DNA of 64,000 nt from Rhodospirillales bacterium (GTDB lineage: Bacteria; Pseudomonadota; Alphaproteobacteria; Bin95), in contig JAYQLI010000035.1 in NCBI GenBank assembly GCA_038143065.1, positions 256,001 to 320,000 on the forward strand. The letters are read 5' to 3'. The notes beneath the pieces were generated by a model that had not been told where the DNA came from, made no database searches, and saw nothing but the letters and a program-made list of their open reading frames with translations. The translations under genes and the position numbers were made by a program. Position 1 is the stretch's first letter. Every line of letters begins with the position of its first letter. Below, one piece after another: positions 41,564-56,297 of this stretch.

Positions 41564-41866
41564 ATGATCCAAATTGTTTTAACCATCCACATTTTAATTG
41601 CAGCGGCTTTGGTAGTTGTTGTTTTAATGCAGCGCTCCGAAGGTGGTGGGCTCGGAATAGGCGGCGGTGGCGGCGGTGGACTAATGACTGGTCGTAGCGC
41701 AGCTAACTTTTTGACACGTACCACAGCAACGCTTGCGACTTTGTTTTTTGTCACAAGCCTTGCACTTGCAATTTTGGCAAGTGGTTCTTCGGAGCCACGA
41801 TCTATAATTGATACAACAGCTCCCGTGACTAATAGTCAGGAGCCAAGCGCACCGCTCGCTCGTTAA
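41564..41866 (+). CDS. secG: preprotein translocase subunit SecG
   Basis: Two TM segments with 'QRSEGGGLG' and 'NFLTRTT'. Sits between tpiA and pyrG. Confidence 0.93.
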   Translation: MIQIVLTIHILIAAALVVVVLMQRSEGGGLGIGGGGGGGLMTGRSAANFLTRTTATLATLFFVTSLALAILASGSSEPRSIIDTTAPVTNSQEPSAPLAR

Positions 41867-41902
41867 CACGGTACGCAGCTGCCAGAGGGGCAAGAAAGCC
41901 AC

Positions 41903-43534
41903 GTGACGACCAGGTTCATATTCATAACCGGCGGCGTGGCTTCGTCGCTTGGAAAAGGTGTTGCAGCAGCAGCGCTGGGCGCTCTTTTGCAGGCGCGCGG
42001 CTTTTCTGTGCGGATGCGCAAATTTGACCCGTACTTAAATATAGATCCTGGTACGATGAGTCCGTATCAGCATGGAGAGGTTTTCGTAACAGATGACGGT
42101 GCCGAAACCGATCTGGATTTGGGTCATTATGAGCGCTATACAAACAGGGCAGCCAGCAGAAGTGATAGCGTCACAACCGGTCGAATTTATGAAACCGTCT
42201 TGCAGCGTGAGAGAAAAGGGCTCTATCTCGGCGCGACTGTCCAGGTAATCCCCCATGTCACAGACATGATTAAAGAATTCATTCAATCTGACTTGAGTGA
42301 TGATGATTTTGTAATCTGTGAAATTGGAGGGACTGTTGGGGATATAGAAAGCCTTCCTTTTATCGAGGCCATTCGCCAGGTTAGGCAAGATTTAGGGGTG
42401 GAGCACACGCTATTTGTTCACCTTACCCTAGTGCCATACATTCCGTCTGCGGCAGAATTAAAAACAAAACCTACCCAGCATTCTGTTAAGGAACTTCTGG
42501 CATCTGGCATTCAGCCTGACTTGTTGCTTTGTAGATCTGATCGCGAAATTCCAAAAGATGCTCGGCGGAAAATAGGTCTCTTTTGTAACATTCGCCAAGA
42601 ACGAGTTATCCAGGCAATAGATGTTGATACAGTTTATGCGACGCCCCTGACTTACCACGATGAAGGTTTCGACGTTGAAGTCCTGAAACACTTCAATCTT
42701 CCAACTAACGAACTACCAGACCTGTCAGTCTGGGAAAAAATAGTAAGCCGGGTTAGGACTCCAGAAGGTTCAGTCCGTATAGGAATTGTTGGTAAATATA
42801 CTGAACTGAAAGATGCATATAAGTCTCTGATCGAAGCCTTACACCACGGTGGAATTGCAAATAACGTTAAGGTCGAACTTGAGTGGATAGAGGCTGAGTC
42901 CTTCGAGGAAGATGAGACAACATCAAGACTTGAGAACGTTCATGGAATTTTGGTGCCGGGTGGTTTTGGTGAGCGCGGATCTGAAGGAAAAATTCGTGCA
43001 GCTCGGTTTGCTAGAGAGCATAAGTTGCCGTATTTTGGGATCTGCTTCGGAATGCAAATGGCTGTCATTGAAGCAGCCAGGTCACTTGTAGGTTGGCATG
43101 ATGCAAGCTCTACCGAGTTTGGGCCATGCGATAGGGCTGTAGTCGGTCTTCTTACCGAATGGGATAGAGAGGGTGAGATTGAACGGCGCTCTGAGGATGG
43201 CGATCTCGGCGGCACAATGCGATTAGGGGCTTACCCTGCTTCACTAAAAACGGGTAGCAAGGTTGCAGAGATATACGGCCAAGAGGTGGTTCATGAACGC
43301 CATAGACATCGTTATGAAATTAATATCCAACTCAAAAAAGAGATTGAAGCAGCGGGGCTAATATTTTCGGGTCTTTCTCCAGATGGTGAACTGCCGGAGA
43401 TTGTCGAATTGGAGGAGCACCCTTGGTTTATTGGGGTGCAGTTTCATCCAGAACTAAAATCTAGGCCGATGGAACCTCACCCACTTTTTAGTTCATTTAT
43501 TTCCGCAGCCATAAAGTATTCGAGATTGGTCTGA
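41903..43534 (+). CDS. pyrG: CTP synthase
   Basis: '[12 protein letters not shown]', '[12 protein letters not shown]', 'GICFGMQ', 'QFHPE'. Confidence 0.97.
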   Translation: MTTRFIFITGGVASSLGKGVAAAALGALLQARGFSVRMRKFDPYLNIDPGTMSPYQHGEVFVTDDGAETDLDLGHYERYTNRAASRSDSVTTGRIYETVLQRERKGLYLGATVQVIPHVTDMIKEFIQSDLSDDDFVICEIGGTVGDIESLPFIEAIRQVRQDLGVEHTLFVHLTLVPYIPSAAELKTKPTQHSVKELLASGIQPDLLLCRSDREIPKDARRKIGLFCNIRQERVIQAIDVDTVYATPLTYHDEGFDVEVLKHFNLPTNELPDLSVWEKIVSRVRTPEGSVRIGIVGKYTELKDAYKSLIEALHHGGIANNVKVELEWIEAESFEEDETTSRLENVHGILVPGGFGERGSEGKIRAARFAREHKLPYFGICFGMQMAVIEAARSLVGWHDASSTEFGPCDRAVVGLLTEWDREGEIERRSEDGDLGGTMRLGAYPASLKTGSKVAEIYGQEVVHERHRHRYEINIQLKKEIEAAGLIFSGLSPDGELPEIVELEEHPWFIGVQFHPELKSRPMEPHPLFSSFISAAIKYSRLV

Positions 43535-43537
43535 GGC

Positions 43538-45651
<2,114 letters not shown>

Positions 45652-45728
45652 GAGTGTTTGACGTTTATTATTTAAAAATTGTTAAAAAATCTGTTGACGA
45701 AGATCTTCGTGCATGATTCATCTAATGT

Positions 45729-46040
45729 ATGGAAGTCGCACAAGATTTAAAAAAGCGCTTGAAAGCGGTTGTTTGGCCGCTTTTATTTGCGTGTATCGCG
45801 ATTTATTTCGGTTTTCATCTTGTTCGTAACGACAATGGTTTACTTGCCCTGCGCGCATATGATCAGCGGCTTGATGAGGCTAAGTTGGTTTTATCGGAGC
45901 TATCTTCTGAGAGGTTAGCTCTTGAAAAAGAAACTAATGCCCTCCGCCCATCTAATATTCATCCAGATGCCTTGGCCGAACAAGCTCGACTTCGATTGAA
46001 CATGGGATGGCCGTCGGAAGTTTTAATTTTGGGACGCTGA
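45729..46040 (+). CDS. ftsB: septum formation initiator FtsB/DivIC
   Basis: One TM segment, a coiled coil and 'PDALAEQARLRL'. Located between eno and pdhA. Confidence 0.8.
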   Translation: MEVAQDLKKRLKAVVWPLLFACIAIYFGFHLVRNDNGLLALRAYDQRLDEAKLVLSELSSERLALEKETNALRPSNIHPDALAEQARLRLNMGWPSEVLILGR

Positions 46041-46176
46041 CCGTTTTCTTGGGCTTCACTATTTTAGCAAAGATATACAATATAATGGCAATAGTTGCCC
46101 TGCGGCTGCTAGGCATCTATGAATCATTTTATGATGGCTCCCCCCATTGGAGTGCCTTCAATCGTGGAGATATATT

Positions 46177-47227
46177 ATGTCGCGAGCAGTGTCCAAACGT
46201 GCTTCTGCAAATGCCTCGAAGGCTTCGCAGAAAAAAAGTCGTCCATCTCGTGCCAAGTCATCATCGAAGTTAGATGTTGAACAACTTCTGAATTTTTATC
46301 GTGAAATGCTGCTTATTCGACGTTTCGAAGAGCGAGCAGGACAGATGTACGGAATGGGCCTAATTGGAGCCTTTTGCCATTAGTATATTGGTCAAGAGGC
46401 AGTAGTTGTTGGTATGCAATCAGCTCTCGATGAGCGCGATAGCGTTATAACTGGGTATCGTGATCATGGTCATATGCTTGCGTGCGGAATGGAATCTCGT
46501 GGCGTAATGGCGGAGTTAACCGGTCGACGCGGGGGTATTCTCGCGGCAAGGGCGGTTCTATGCACATGTTCAGCCGAGAAAAAGATTTTTTGGTGGTCAT
46601 GGCATTGTTGGGGGACAAGTTTCATTGGGTGGGGGATTAGCTTTCGCTGCCAAATATAGAGATGATGGCGGCGTTGCCTTGGCTTACTTCGGGGATGGAG
46701 CATCTAACCAGGGCCAAGTCGCTGAAACAATGAATATGGCGGCTCTTTGGCAATTGCCCCTAATCTTTGTCATTGAGAATAACAAGTATGGCATGGGGAC
46801 TTCAGTAAACCGTTCCTCTGCAGGTGAGGGTTTATATAAACGTGGTGAAGCCTATGGAATTCCTGGCGAAAGGGTAGATGGCATGAATGTGCTCACCGTC
46901 GCTGAAAAAGCGAAGGAAGTAGTAAGCCACGTTCGTGAAAACGGCCCTTATGTATTAGAGATGGAAACATATCGATATCGTGGTCACTCGATGTCTGATC
47001 CTGCTAAATACCGCTCTCGCGATGAAGTCAGCAAGATGCGGGAAGAAAGGGATCCTATTGAAACATTGCGTGAATTAATTGTTAAGCAGAAGGCTGCATC
47101 TGCGGAAGATTTAAAAGCAATTGATGCAGATGTTCGAGCGATAGTTGCTGACGCTGCGGAATTCGCACAGGAGAGCCCTGAGCCAGACCCTTCAGAGCTC
47201 TACACTGATATTCTGATTGAAGCTTAA
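46177..47227 (+). CDS. pdhA: pyruvate dehydrogenase E1 alpha; in-frame TAG at 46381 and two frameshifts (~46533, ~46585)
   Basis: 'MLLIRRFEE', 'FCH*YIGQEA', 'YRDHGH', 'GKGGSMH', 'YFGDGASNQG', 'YRYRGHSMSDP'. Confidence 0.92.
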
Positions 47228-47243
47228 GAGGCGGGGAAAGAAG

Positions 47244-48615
47244 ATGCCGACCGAAATTTTGATGCCGGCCCTCTCGCCGACGATGACAGAGGGTAAATTA
47301 TCTAAGTGGCTCGTTAAAGAAGGCGATGATGTGCGCGCCGGAGACCTTATAGCGGAAATAGAGACTGATAAGGCCACTATGGAAGTGGAGGCGGTTGACG
47401 AGGGCAAGGTAGGTAAGATTGTGATTGCAGAAGGCACTGATGCTGTATCGGTTAATTCTGTTATTGCAGTGCTTGTTGGCGATGGCGAAACTGTTTCAGA
47501 GAATCTCAAGTTAGGCAGCCAGTTGAACCTGAAAAAGTTGTTCAACCGATTGCTCCACCATCCAACCCCACAGCAAGCATGTCGACGTCAACGAGCGAGC
47601 GAATGGATGCTGAGGAGGCGCAAGCTTACGTTAGTACTAACACGTTGACTGTCAGAGAAGCACTCAGAGATGCAATGGCCGAAGAAATGCGGGCTGATGG
47701 TAACGTTTTCCTGATGGGCGAAGAGGTGGCTGAGTACCAAGGTGCATATAAGGTCAGCCAGGGCCTTCTGGATGAATTTGGTGCGCGTCGGGTAATTGAT
47801 ACTCCTATTACAGAGCATGGCTTTACGGGAATTGGCGTCGGTGCGGCTATGGATGGCCTCAAGCCTATCGTTGAATTTATGACCTTTAATTTTGCAATGC
47901 AGGCAATTGATCAGATTATTAACTCAGCCGCCAAGACCCTTTACATGTCAGGCGGTCAAATGGGCTGTCCAATTGTTTTTCGTGGGCCAAATGGAGCTGC
48001 CTCTCGCGTTGCTGCGCAGCATTCTCAATGCTACGCAAGTTGGTATGCGCATTGCCCGGGCCTTATAGTTGTTGCCCCTTATTCAGCGGGTGACGCAAAA
48101 GGTCTTTTAAAGTCAGCTATCCGCAACCCAAACCCGGTGATATTCCTTGAGAATGAAATACTCTACGGTCAATCATTTGAAGTTCCTGCTTCTGAAGATT
48201 TCACCGTGCCGATCGGGCGGGCAAAAGTTCTGAGGCCTGGAAATGATGTCACAATAACAGCCTTTTCTTTGATGTGTAGAGATGCGTTAGCTGCGGCTGA
48301 TTTATTAGCTGCCGAAGGTATTGATGCGGAGGTCATAGATCTGCGCACAATTCGACCACTTGATACAGAGACAATTGTTGAATCAGTTAAGAAAACCAAT
48401 CGTCTTATTTCTGTTGAAGAGGGTGGCCTTACGCCGGTATAGGGGCCGAGATCGCGGCTACCATGATGGACAAGGCATTTGACTGGTTAGATGCGCCGGT
48501 TCAGAGGGTCTCTGGGAAAGACGTGCCTATGCCGTATGCAGCCAATCTTGAGAAATTAGCGCTTCCGCAGGTACAAGATATTGTTTCTGCAGCAAAAGCT
48601 GTCTGTTATCGTTAA
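47244..48615 (+). CDS. pdhB: pyruvate dehydrogenase E1 beta with N-terminal lipoyl domain; frameshifts ~47502 and ~48425
   Basis: '[10 protein letters not shown]', '[12 protein letters not shown]', 'DTPITE', 'FRGPNG'. After the last shift it reads 'DAPV...[11 protein letters not shown]'. Confidence 0.93.
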
Positions 48616-48648
48616 CTAGCCGCCTGACGCTTCGACAAGGTAAATTCT

Positions 48649-50040
48649 ATGGCAACAGAAATACTTATGCCGGCTCTTTCGCCCACGATGACTGAAGGAA
48701 AGTTGGCTAAATGGCTCATAAAAGAGGGTGATGAGGTTCGTCCTGGTGATCTAATAGCAGAAATTGAAACTGATAAGGCGACAATGGAAGTCGAATCAGT
48801 GGACGAGGGTAAGGTTGCAAAAATACTAGTTGGAGAAGGGACAGAGGGTGTTGCGGTCAACGCGGTAATTGCCGTTTTGGCTATGGACGGTGAAAACTTA
48901 GACGATGTTCCCAGTCCAAAAACGTCAACACATGAGGTTAAAGAAACAATCGTTAGTGACGTCCAGGCGAGTGCGCAAAAGGTCTCCCCTATAGACAACG
49001 GGTCTCTAAAAGCAACGCCGCTGGCCCGTCGTATCGCCGATCAGGCTGGGATTTCCCTCTCTGGAATTAACCCCACTGGTGCTGGTGGAAAGATAACAAA
49101 AGATGATGTGCTGAAGAAAGCTGAGGGAGGGAAGTCTATCGTCTTCAAGTGAAAGTGACCGCCTTTTTGCAAGCCCTCTTGCTCGAAAGTTAGCTTTCGA
49201 AGGTAAAATACCACTCGATAGAATAAAGGGCAGTGGACCTAACGGAAGGATTGTAAAAGCTGATGTGGAGAGGGCGCTTAGGGGGGATTTAATCCCTGCG
49301 TTGGATCAACCAGCAGGTTCAAAAGAACCAGCGGCTATTTCTGAAAGTGCTGGTAGTGAGTTTGATCTAATCCCGCATACCTCTATGCGTAAAACAATAG
49401 CGCGCAGATTGACTGAATCTAAACAGACGGTCCCTCATTTTTACCTCACTGTTGATTGCGAAATCGATGAGTTGCTTCGTGTCCGCAAGGAGATTAACGA
49501 CCGTGCCCCGGATGGTGTGAAGGTTTCAGTCAACGATTTTGTTATTAAATCGTTGGCAGGGGCTCTTCGTCGTGTCCCAGGGGCCAATGCAAGTTGGACA
49601 GACGAAGGGATCAGGCTTTATAAAAATGTCGATGTTTCAGTTGCTGTTGCATTAGACGGCGGCTTGATTACGCCGGTTGTTAAAAATGCTGATAGTAAAG
49701 GTCTTGGCGAAATATCAGCCAACATGGTTGACCTGGCAGGGCGAGCTCGTCAGGGAAAATTAACACCAGATGAATACCAGGGGGATCAATAAGTATCTCT
49801 AATCTTGGTATGTTTGGTATTAAACAATTTGATGCTGTTATTAATCCACCTCAGGGAGCAATTCTTGCAGTTGGGGCCGGTGAACAGCGACCAGTCGTAA
49901 AAAATGGTGAGCTCGCTATTGCTACCGTAATGACATGTACTCTTTCTTGCGACCATCGTGTGATCGATGGAGCACTAGGTGCTGGGCTCCTGCAGGCATT
50001 CAAAAACCTGATCGAATTTCCAGCAGCTATGTTGCTTTAA
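48649..50040 (+). CDS. pdhC: dihydrolipoamide acetyltransferase E2; frameshifts ~49135 and ~49785
   Basis: Lipoyl 'ETDKA', two E3-binding repeats, 'VPHFYL', 'SNLGMFG', 'DHRVIDG'. Confidence 0.92.
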
Positions 50041-50074
50041 AGCTTGCACATGTTCTTTTGGGGTGAGGGGGTAG

Positions 50075-51467
<1,393 letters not shown>

Positions 51468-51471
51468 ACGT

Positions 51472-52446
51472 ATGAATAAAGAATTTTCTCCTGCTCCTCC
51501 GAAGGGGTCGCTTAGGCATCCTGAGAAGCGAAATCGACCAGAAAGCGCCCCTAAACGGAAGCCAGACTGGATCCGGGTTAAGGCTCCCGTATCAAGAGAA
51601 TATAGAGCGACACGAGATATAGTTCGGGATAATAATCTTGTAACTGTATGTGAGGAAGCTGCGTGTCCTAACATCGGGGAATGTTGGGCTCAGCGCCATG
51701 CCACGATGATGATAATGGGTGCCATCTGCACTCGCGCTTGTGCTTTTTGCAATGTAGCAACAGGTCGTCCGGGCGCCCTTGATGCAATGGAACCGATAAA
51801 TGTAGCTAACGCGGTTGCAGAATTAAGCCTTCGGCACGTGGTCATTACATCTGTCGACCGAGATGATCTTCCAGATGGTGGAGCACAACACTTCGCGCGC
51901 ACAATTAAAAATATTAGAGACCGCAGTCCAGAAACCACTATTGAGGTTTTAACTCCTGATTTCTTGAAGAAGGATGGGGCGCTTGAGGTAGTTGTTCAGG
52001 CGCGGCCTGATGTTTTTAATCACAATCTTGAGACTGTGCCCAGATTATACCCATCAGTTCGCCCAGGCGCTCGTTACTATCATAGTCTGCGACTACTTGA
52101 TGAGGTGAAACGCCAAGATCCAGGTATCTTTACGAAATCAGGTCTTATGGTGGGCCTTGGTGAGGGGCGTGATGAAGTATTGCAGGTTATGGATGACATG
52201 CGGTCTGCAGATGTTGATTTTCTCACTATTGGCCAGTACCTGCAGCCAACGCCCAAGCACCATCCGCTTGATAGATTTGTGACTCCTGATGAATTTTTAG
52301 CTTATTCAAAAAGTGCAGATGGCAAAGGGTTTCTTCTTGTTTCTTCTACGCCATTAACTCGCTCATCTTATCATGCAGACTCAGATTTTGCGCAGCTCCG
52401 CATTAACCGAGAAAAGAAATTATCCAAAGGCAGTCATTTAGTCTGA
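51472..52446 (+). CDS. lipA: lipoyl synthase
   Basis: '[12 protein letters not shown]', 'CTRACAFC', 'RSSYHA'. Confidence 0.97.
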   Translation: MNKEFSPAPPKGSLRHPEKRNRPESAPKRKPDWIRVKAPVSREYRATRDIVRDNNLVTVCEEAACPNIGECWAQRHATMMIMGAICTRACAFCNVATGRPGALDAMEPINVANAVAELSLRHVVITSVDRDDLPDGGAQHFARTIKNIRDRSPETTIEVLTPDFLKKDGALEVVVQARPDVFNHNLETVPRLYPSVRPGARYYHSLRLLDEVKRQDPGIFTKSGLMVGLGEGRDEVLQVMDDMRSADVDFLTIGQYLQPTPKHHPLDRFVTPDEFLAYSKSADGKGFLLVSSTPLTRSSYHADSDFAQLRINREKKLSKGSHLV

Positions 52447-52904
52447 TGCATTCTCATGCAGAACGCCGCTTCCTCCCTTACAAGGGTGAGGATATATTTA
52501 AATTAATCGCTGATGTGGCAAGGTATCCAGAGTTCCTACCATGGTGTCTCGCAGCGCGTGTCAGAGAAAATTCAACGGAAAGTTTTGAGGCAGACCTGGT
52601 TATTGGGTTTAAAATGGTTAGGGAAACGTTCACCTCCCAAGTGGACCTTGTGCCTCACCATCGTATTGATGTTACCTATACCAAGGGACCAATGCGACAC
52701 CTTCATAATCGGTGGTTGTTTGAGGAAACTGAAGGTGGGTGCATAGTTGACTTTGATGTTTCCTTTGAGTTCAGGTCCGCCATTTTGCAAAAGCTCATTG
52801 GCGCCTTGTTTGGCGAAGCAGTCCGCCGCATGGTTGCTGCTTTTGAAGCACGTGCTGCAGTGAAATGTGAGAGGGCAAGTTCGCAGCCTGCGCGTCAGCT
52901 TTAG
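52446..52904 (+). CDS. ratA: RatA/COQ10 START-domain protein
   Basis: 'DVARYPEFLPWC', 'ETFTSQV', 'GPMRHLHNRW', 'MVAAFEARA'. Follows lipA. Confidence 0.85.
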   Translation: MHSHAERRFLPYKGEDIFKLIADVARYPEFLPWCLAARVRENSTESFEADLVIGFKMVRETFTSQVDLVPHHRIDVTYTKGPMRHLHNRWLFEETEGGCIVDFDVSFEFRSAILQKLIGALFGEAVRRMVAAFEARAAVKCERASSQPARQL

Positions 52905-53407
52905 AGGGCTTTTTCTCTGACCATTTCAAAAGCCCGTTTAACAGTGGCAAGACGAATAGAACGCCGATCGCCGGGAAATATATGTTTCTCTGAAAATGCC
53001 TTTTCGCCGCGTTTTTCAACGCACAGCCAAACTGTACCCACTGGTTTGTCTGCCGATCCCCCCCCTGGTCCAGCTACACCACTAACGGCTATAGCGATAT
53101 CTGCATCCGCGCCAGCAGAAGCAAGCGCTCCTGATGTCATCTCTTGGACGGTTTCCTTACTGACGGCACCAAATTTTTCTAAAGTATCTGCAGGCACTCC
53201 AAGCATTTCTTGTTTTGCTTCATTCGAATAGGTAACAAAACTCCGGCCTACTACAGCTGATGAACCAGCAATCTCGGTGAGAAATGATACAATAAGTCCG
53301 CCTGTGCAAGACTCTGCAGTTGTAATTCGTAGGTTAGCCTTTTGGCACAGTTCAAGAATTTCTTTGGCCTCTTTTTCGAGAGAATTAAGACTCAATTGAT
53401 CATTCAT
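52901..53407 (-). CDS. cinA: CinA C-terminal domain / NMN deamidase PncC
   Basis: 'AESCTGG', 'YSNEAK', 'GAVS', 'GVAGPGGG..KPVG'. Confidence 0.9.
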   Translation of the reverse strand: MNDQLSLNSLEKEAKEILELCQKANLRITTAESCTGGLIVSFLTEIAGSSAVVGRSFVTYSNEAKQEMLGVPADTLEKFGAVSKETVQEMTSGALASAGADADIAIAVSGVAGPGGGSADKPVGTVWLCVEKRGEKAFSEKHIFPGDRRSIRLATVKRAFEMVREKAL

Positions 53408-53884
53408 TTACCAAACTCCAATTTGAGTAAGGCCAGTAATCACTAGAGCTGCGTAAGCGCCAGCGGCGATGTCATCTAGCATGACCCCAATCCCACCAGA
53501 TACATTTTTATCGAGCCAGTTGCATGGCCATGGTTTCCAGATGTCAAAAAGGCGAAATAGTATGAAGGCAGTGACCCAATCATGGATGGTTAACGGGGCA
53601 ATGATAAGAGGAATAAACTGTCCTGCAACCTCATCAATGACAGCCTCGCTGGGGTCCTCTTTTCCTATATCCTGGATGTATTTTTGAACAGAATAAATGC
53701 CAAGCAAGAAAATTAGTGCTGTGGCTATACCTAAGCCTAAACGTCCAAATAATTCTAAAATTATAAATGCTATTGGCAGTGCTGCCAGGGAACCCATGGT
53801 TCCCGGTCCCCATTTTGAATAGCCTACTCCAAACCAAGTAGTGATAATTTGGTGAAGGATTTTGACGAATTTATTTATTCCCAT
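53408..53884 (-). CDS. pgpA: phosphatidylglycerophosphatase A
   Basis: 'PGTMGS', 'DPSEAVIDE', 'FRLFDIWKP', 'GVMLDD'. Confidence 0.92.
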   Translation of the reverse strand: MGINKFVKILHQIITTWFGVGYSKWGPGTMGSLAALPIAFIILELFGRLGLGIATALIFLLGIYSVQKYIQDIGKEDPSEAVIDEVAGQFIPLIIAPLTIHDWVTAFILFRLFDIWKPWPCNWLDKNVSGGIGVMLDDIAAGAYAALVITGLTQIGVW

Positions 53885-55037
53885 ATTAATACTGTAGCAG
53901 ACGCCATCGCGGCGATCCCTTCGCCACGTCCAGTAAAACCAAGTCTTTCAGACGTTGTTGCCTTGATGTTAATTCGCTCTTTAGGAAGGCGGAGAAGTGG
54001 CATTAGCGACTCCTTCATTGCATTATTATGAGGCCCAATTTTTGGTTTTTCACAAATAATTGTTATATCTACATTGGTTAAACTGCCGCCTTTGTCCGCA
54101 ACCAATTTCACAGCATGCTGCAGAAATATGGACGAGGCAGCTCCTTTCCAGTTTGGGTTGGTTGGCGGAAAATGTTGGCCAATATCTCCTTCCCCAATTG
54201 CACCCAGGATTGCGTCTGTCAGAGCGTGCATTGCGACGTCTGCATCTGAGTGACCCTCTAGACCTCCATCGTGTGGAATTTTGACACCACATAGTGTTAC
54301 GGCATCGCCAGTTCCAAATCGATGGACGTCATATCCAGAGCCGCTCAGGGGCGTTGGATGCGCATTAAGGAGACGCTCAAGCAATGATTTATCATCCTCT
54401 GTTGTTAATTTGTGTAGAAGCGGTGAGCCGGTTGTAGTCGCGATATTTAGCCCTGCGGCCATTGCTATGGCGATATCGTCAGTTGTGCGTGTGCTGCTAT
54501 AATTTCGATGTGCCTCGGCAATGGCAGAAAACTTGAACGCCTGAGGAGTTTGGCGAGCAACAACCCCGTCTCGCGGAATATCCTTTGTTATTTTGCCATC
54601 ATTTACATTTGATAGAGTGTCCCAAAGGGAGATGATTGGCACGGCTGCATCATTATTTTCCAAGGCTTCTATCAGGTCATTAATTACTTTGTCAGGAATA
54701 ATTGGCCGAGCTGCATCATGAATTAAAACGTGCGTTGGGTTGGTTTGTGCTCTTTCAAGTTCTTCTAGACCATTTTGGACACTGTTTTGCCGCTCTGCCC
54801 TCCAATCGCTATAAAATCAGGTTTATCATTTCCTAAAGCCTCCTTTAGAAGGTCCTTGTCTTGTTCTGACACTACAACACAGATCGAAGAAATTTTTGGA
54901 TGACTCCGAAAGGAAATAAGGGCGCGTCGCACTGGGGCAATACCAGCTAGAGGCTGAAATTGCTTAGGGATTGAGCCGCCAAAACGCACTCCAGATCCTG
55001 CAGCCATTAATAACGCTGTTATATGTTTGGAAGACAT
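53875..55037 (-). CDS. ispDF: bifunctional IspD/IspF; frameshift ~54795
   Basis: 'AAGSGVRFG..PKQF', 'LIHDAARP', 'QTPQ', 'GYDVH', 'HSDADV..HA..DA', 'KATTSE'. Confidence 0.92.
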
Positions 55038-55116
55038 TCTGATTTCCAAAGATTCAAAGACGTCAAAGTATAATCGGTTAGCATTCGGTCCACCAATAAG
55101 TCTATATTTTTAAGGT

Positions 55117-55162
55117 TGCCTAAAAAATAATCTCGTAATATTTATGATTAAAAGTTAATCAT
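55117..55162. promoter_or_regulatory. ntrB promoter elements: degenerate NtrC-like site and a perfect palindrome
   Basis: TGCCTAAAAAATAATCT at 55117-55133 resembles TGC-N11-GCA with only the left half intact. ATGATTAA-aag-TTAATCAT at 55144-55162. Confidence 0.4.
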
Positions 55163-55163
55163 T

Positions 55164-56282
55164 TTGGTAAATCAACTATTGCGCATGCCTGCTAACTTCA
55201 CCGCGACAGATCAATATGCAGAATGGATCAATTCTATACCTGCTGGCGTGATAGTTTTTGATGAAGAAGACCGGATAGTCTTTGCAAATCTCGCTGCCGA
55301 AACAATTTTTTCAACCAGCGCTCAACAATTGAGACTGATGGGTATCGAGGATTTATTTGGCATCAATAGCACAGTTGGCGGCTTGTTTCAGCAAGCGCGT
55401 TCGACTTCTATGCCTATTGCTGAATTCGATGTTCAAATTACGCTCCCGCGGTCTAACACTGTGCAAGCTTCGGTTTCGGTTGTTCCGGTGCTTGAGGCAA
55501 ATGGAAATCAGCCCACTGGAGATATGATTCTTCAACTTTCGACAACTTCCATTGCTCATAGAATCGAACAGCAAATGCGGCGTCAGGGTGCGGCTAGATC
55601 TACAGCTGGAATGGTGGCAGTTCTCGCTCACGAAGTTCGAAACCCCTTGGCAGGTATCCGCGGTGCCGCTCAGATTATTGAGTCATCAGTTTCTGGTGAA
55701 GAGCGCGAGTTAACCCAATTAATTGCTGATGAAGTTGATAGAATTAGCAATTTGATTGAGAGGATTGACGTATTCGCTGAGATAGGTGCTGCACCTGAAA
55801 AGCCAGTTAACATTCACGAAGCCTTGGCTCGTGCTCGGCGCGTTTTAGAGAGTAGCGGCGCGCTTGGAGAACTTAATTTTCAAGAAGCTTTTGACCCGTC
55901 TTTGCCACAGGTGAGGGGAGATTTTGAGGGATTGGTTCAGATTTTTTTAAATCTCATAAAAAACGCTGCAGATGCGGCCCAGCTTGGCGGCAAGGAAATA
56001 ATGATAAAAACTTCTTACAGACATGGCCTTCGATTAGCTGCCGATGGGCGAAGGGAGTGGGGAGCGCTCCCAATAGAAGTTTCTGTTCAGGATAACGGAC
56101 CCGGAATTCCCCAAGAGCTTCAAGGTGATATTTTTGATCCATTTGTTACGACAAAACCTGGGGGACACGGTCTAGGACTTGCTGTAGTTGCCAAGATAGT
56201 TGGCGATCACGGTGGGGCCGTCGAGTTTGTGTCTGAACCTTTCCGGACAGTTTTTAGTGTCTACCTACCAATTTTTTTTTGA
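55164..56282 (+). CDS. ntrB: nitrogen regulation sensor kinase NtrB
   Basis: PAS domain, 'AHEVRNPLAGIRGAAQ', 'NLIKNA', 'DNGPG', 'PFVTTK', 'GLGL'. Confidence 0.92.
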   Translation: MVNQLLRMPANFTATDQYAEWINSIPAGVIVFDEEDRIVFANLAAETIFSTSAQQLRLMGIEDLFGINSTVGGLFQQARSTSMPIAEFDVQITLPRSNTVQASVSVVPVLEANGNQPTGDMILQLSTTSIAHRIEQQMRRQGAARSTAGMVAVLAHEVRNPLAGIRGAAQIIESSVSGEERELTQLIADEVDRISNLIERIDVFAEIGAAPEKPVNIHEALARARRVLESSGALGELNFQEAFDPSLPQVRGDFEGLVQIFLNLIKNAADAAQLGGKEIMIKTSYRHGLRLAADGRREWGALPIEVSVQDNGPGIPQELQGDIFDPFVTTKPGGHGLGLAVVAKIVGDHGGAVEFVSEPFRTVFSVYLPIFF

Positions 56283-56297
56283 GCCAGAGAACTTATC

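Noticed and set aside
41640-41680. GGC/GGT short repeat
   Set aside because: It encodes the Gly-rich loop of SecG and is not a contingency repeat.
46381-46383. In-frame TAG in pdhA as pyrrolysine or stop-codon reassignment
   Set aside because: It aligns to the conserved Leu of GFCHLYIGQE (TTG>TAG), sits beside other errors, and TAG ends normal genes in this window. A base-calling error is far more likely.
47244-48800. Repeat between the starts of pdhB and pdhC
   Set aside because: These are homologous lipoyl domains, normal for alphaproteobacterial PDH.
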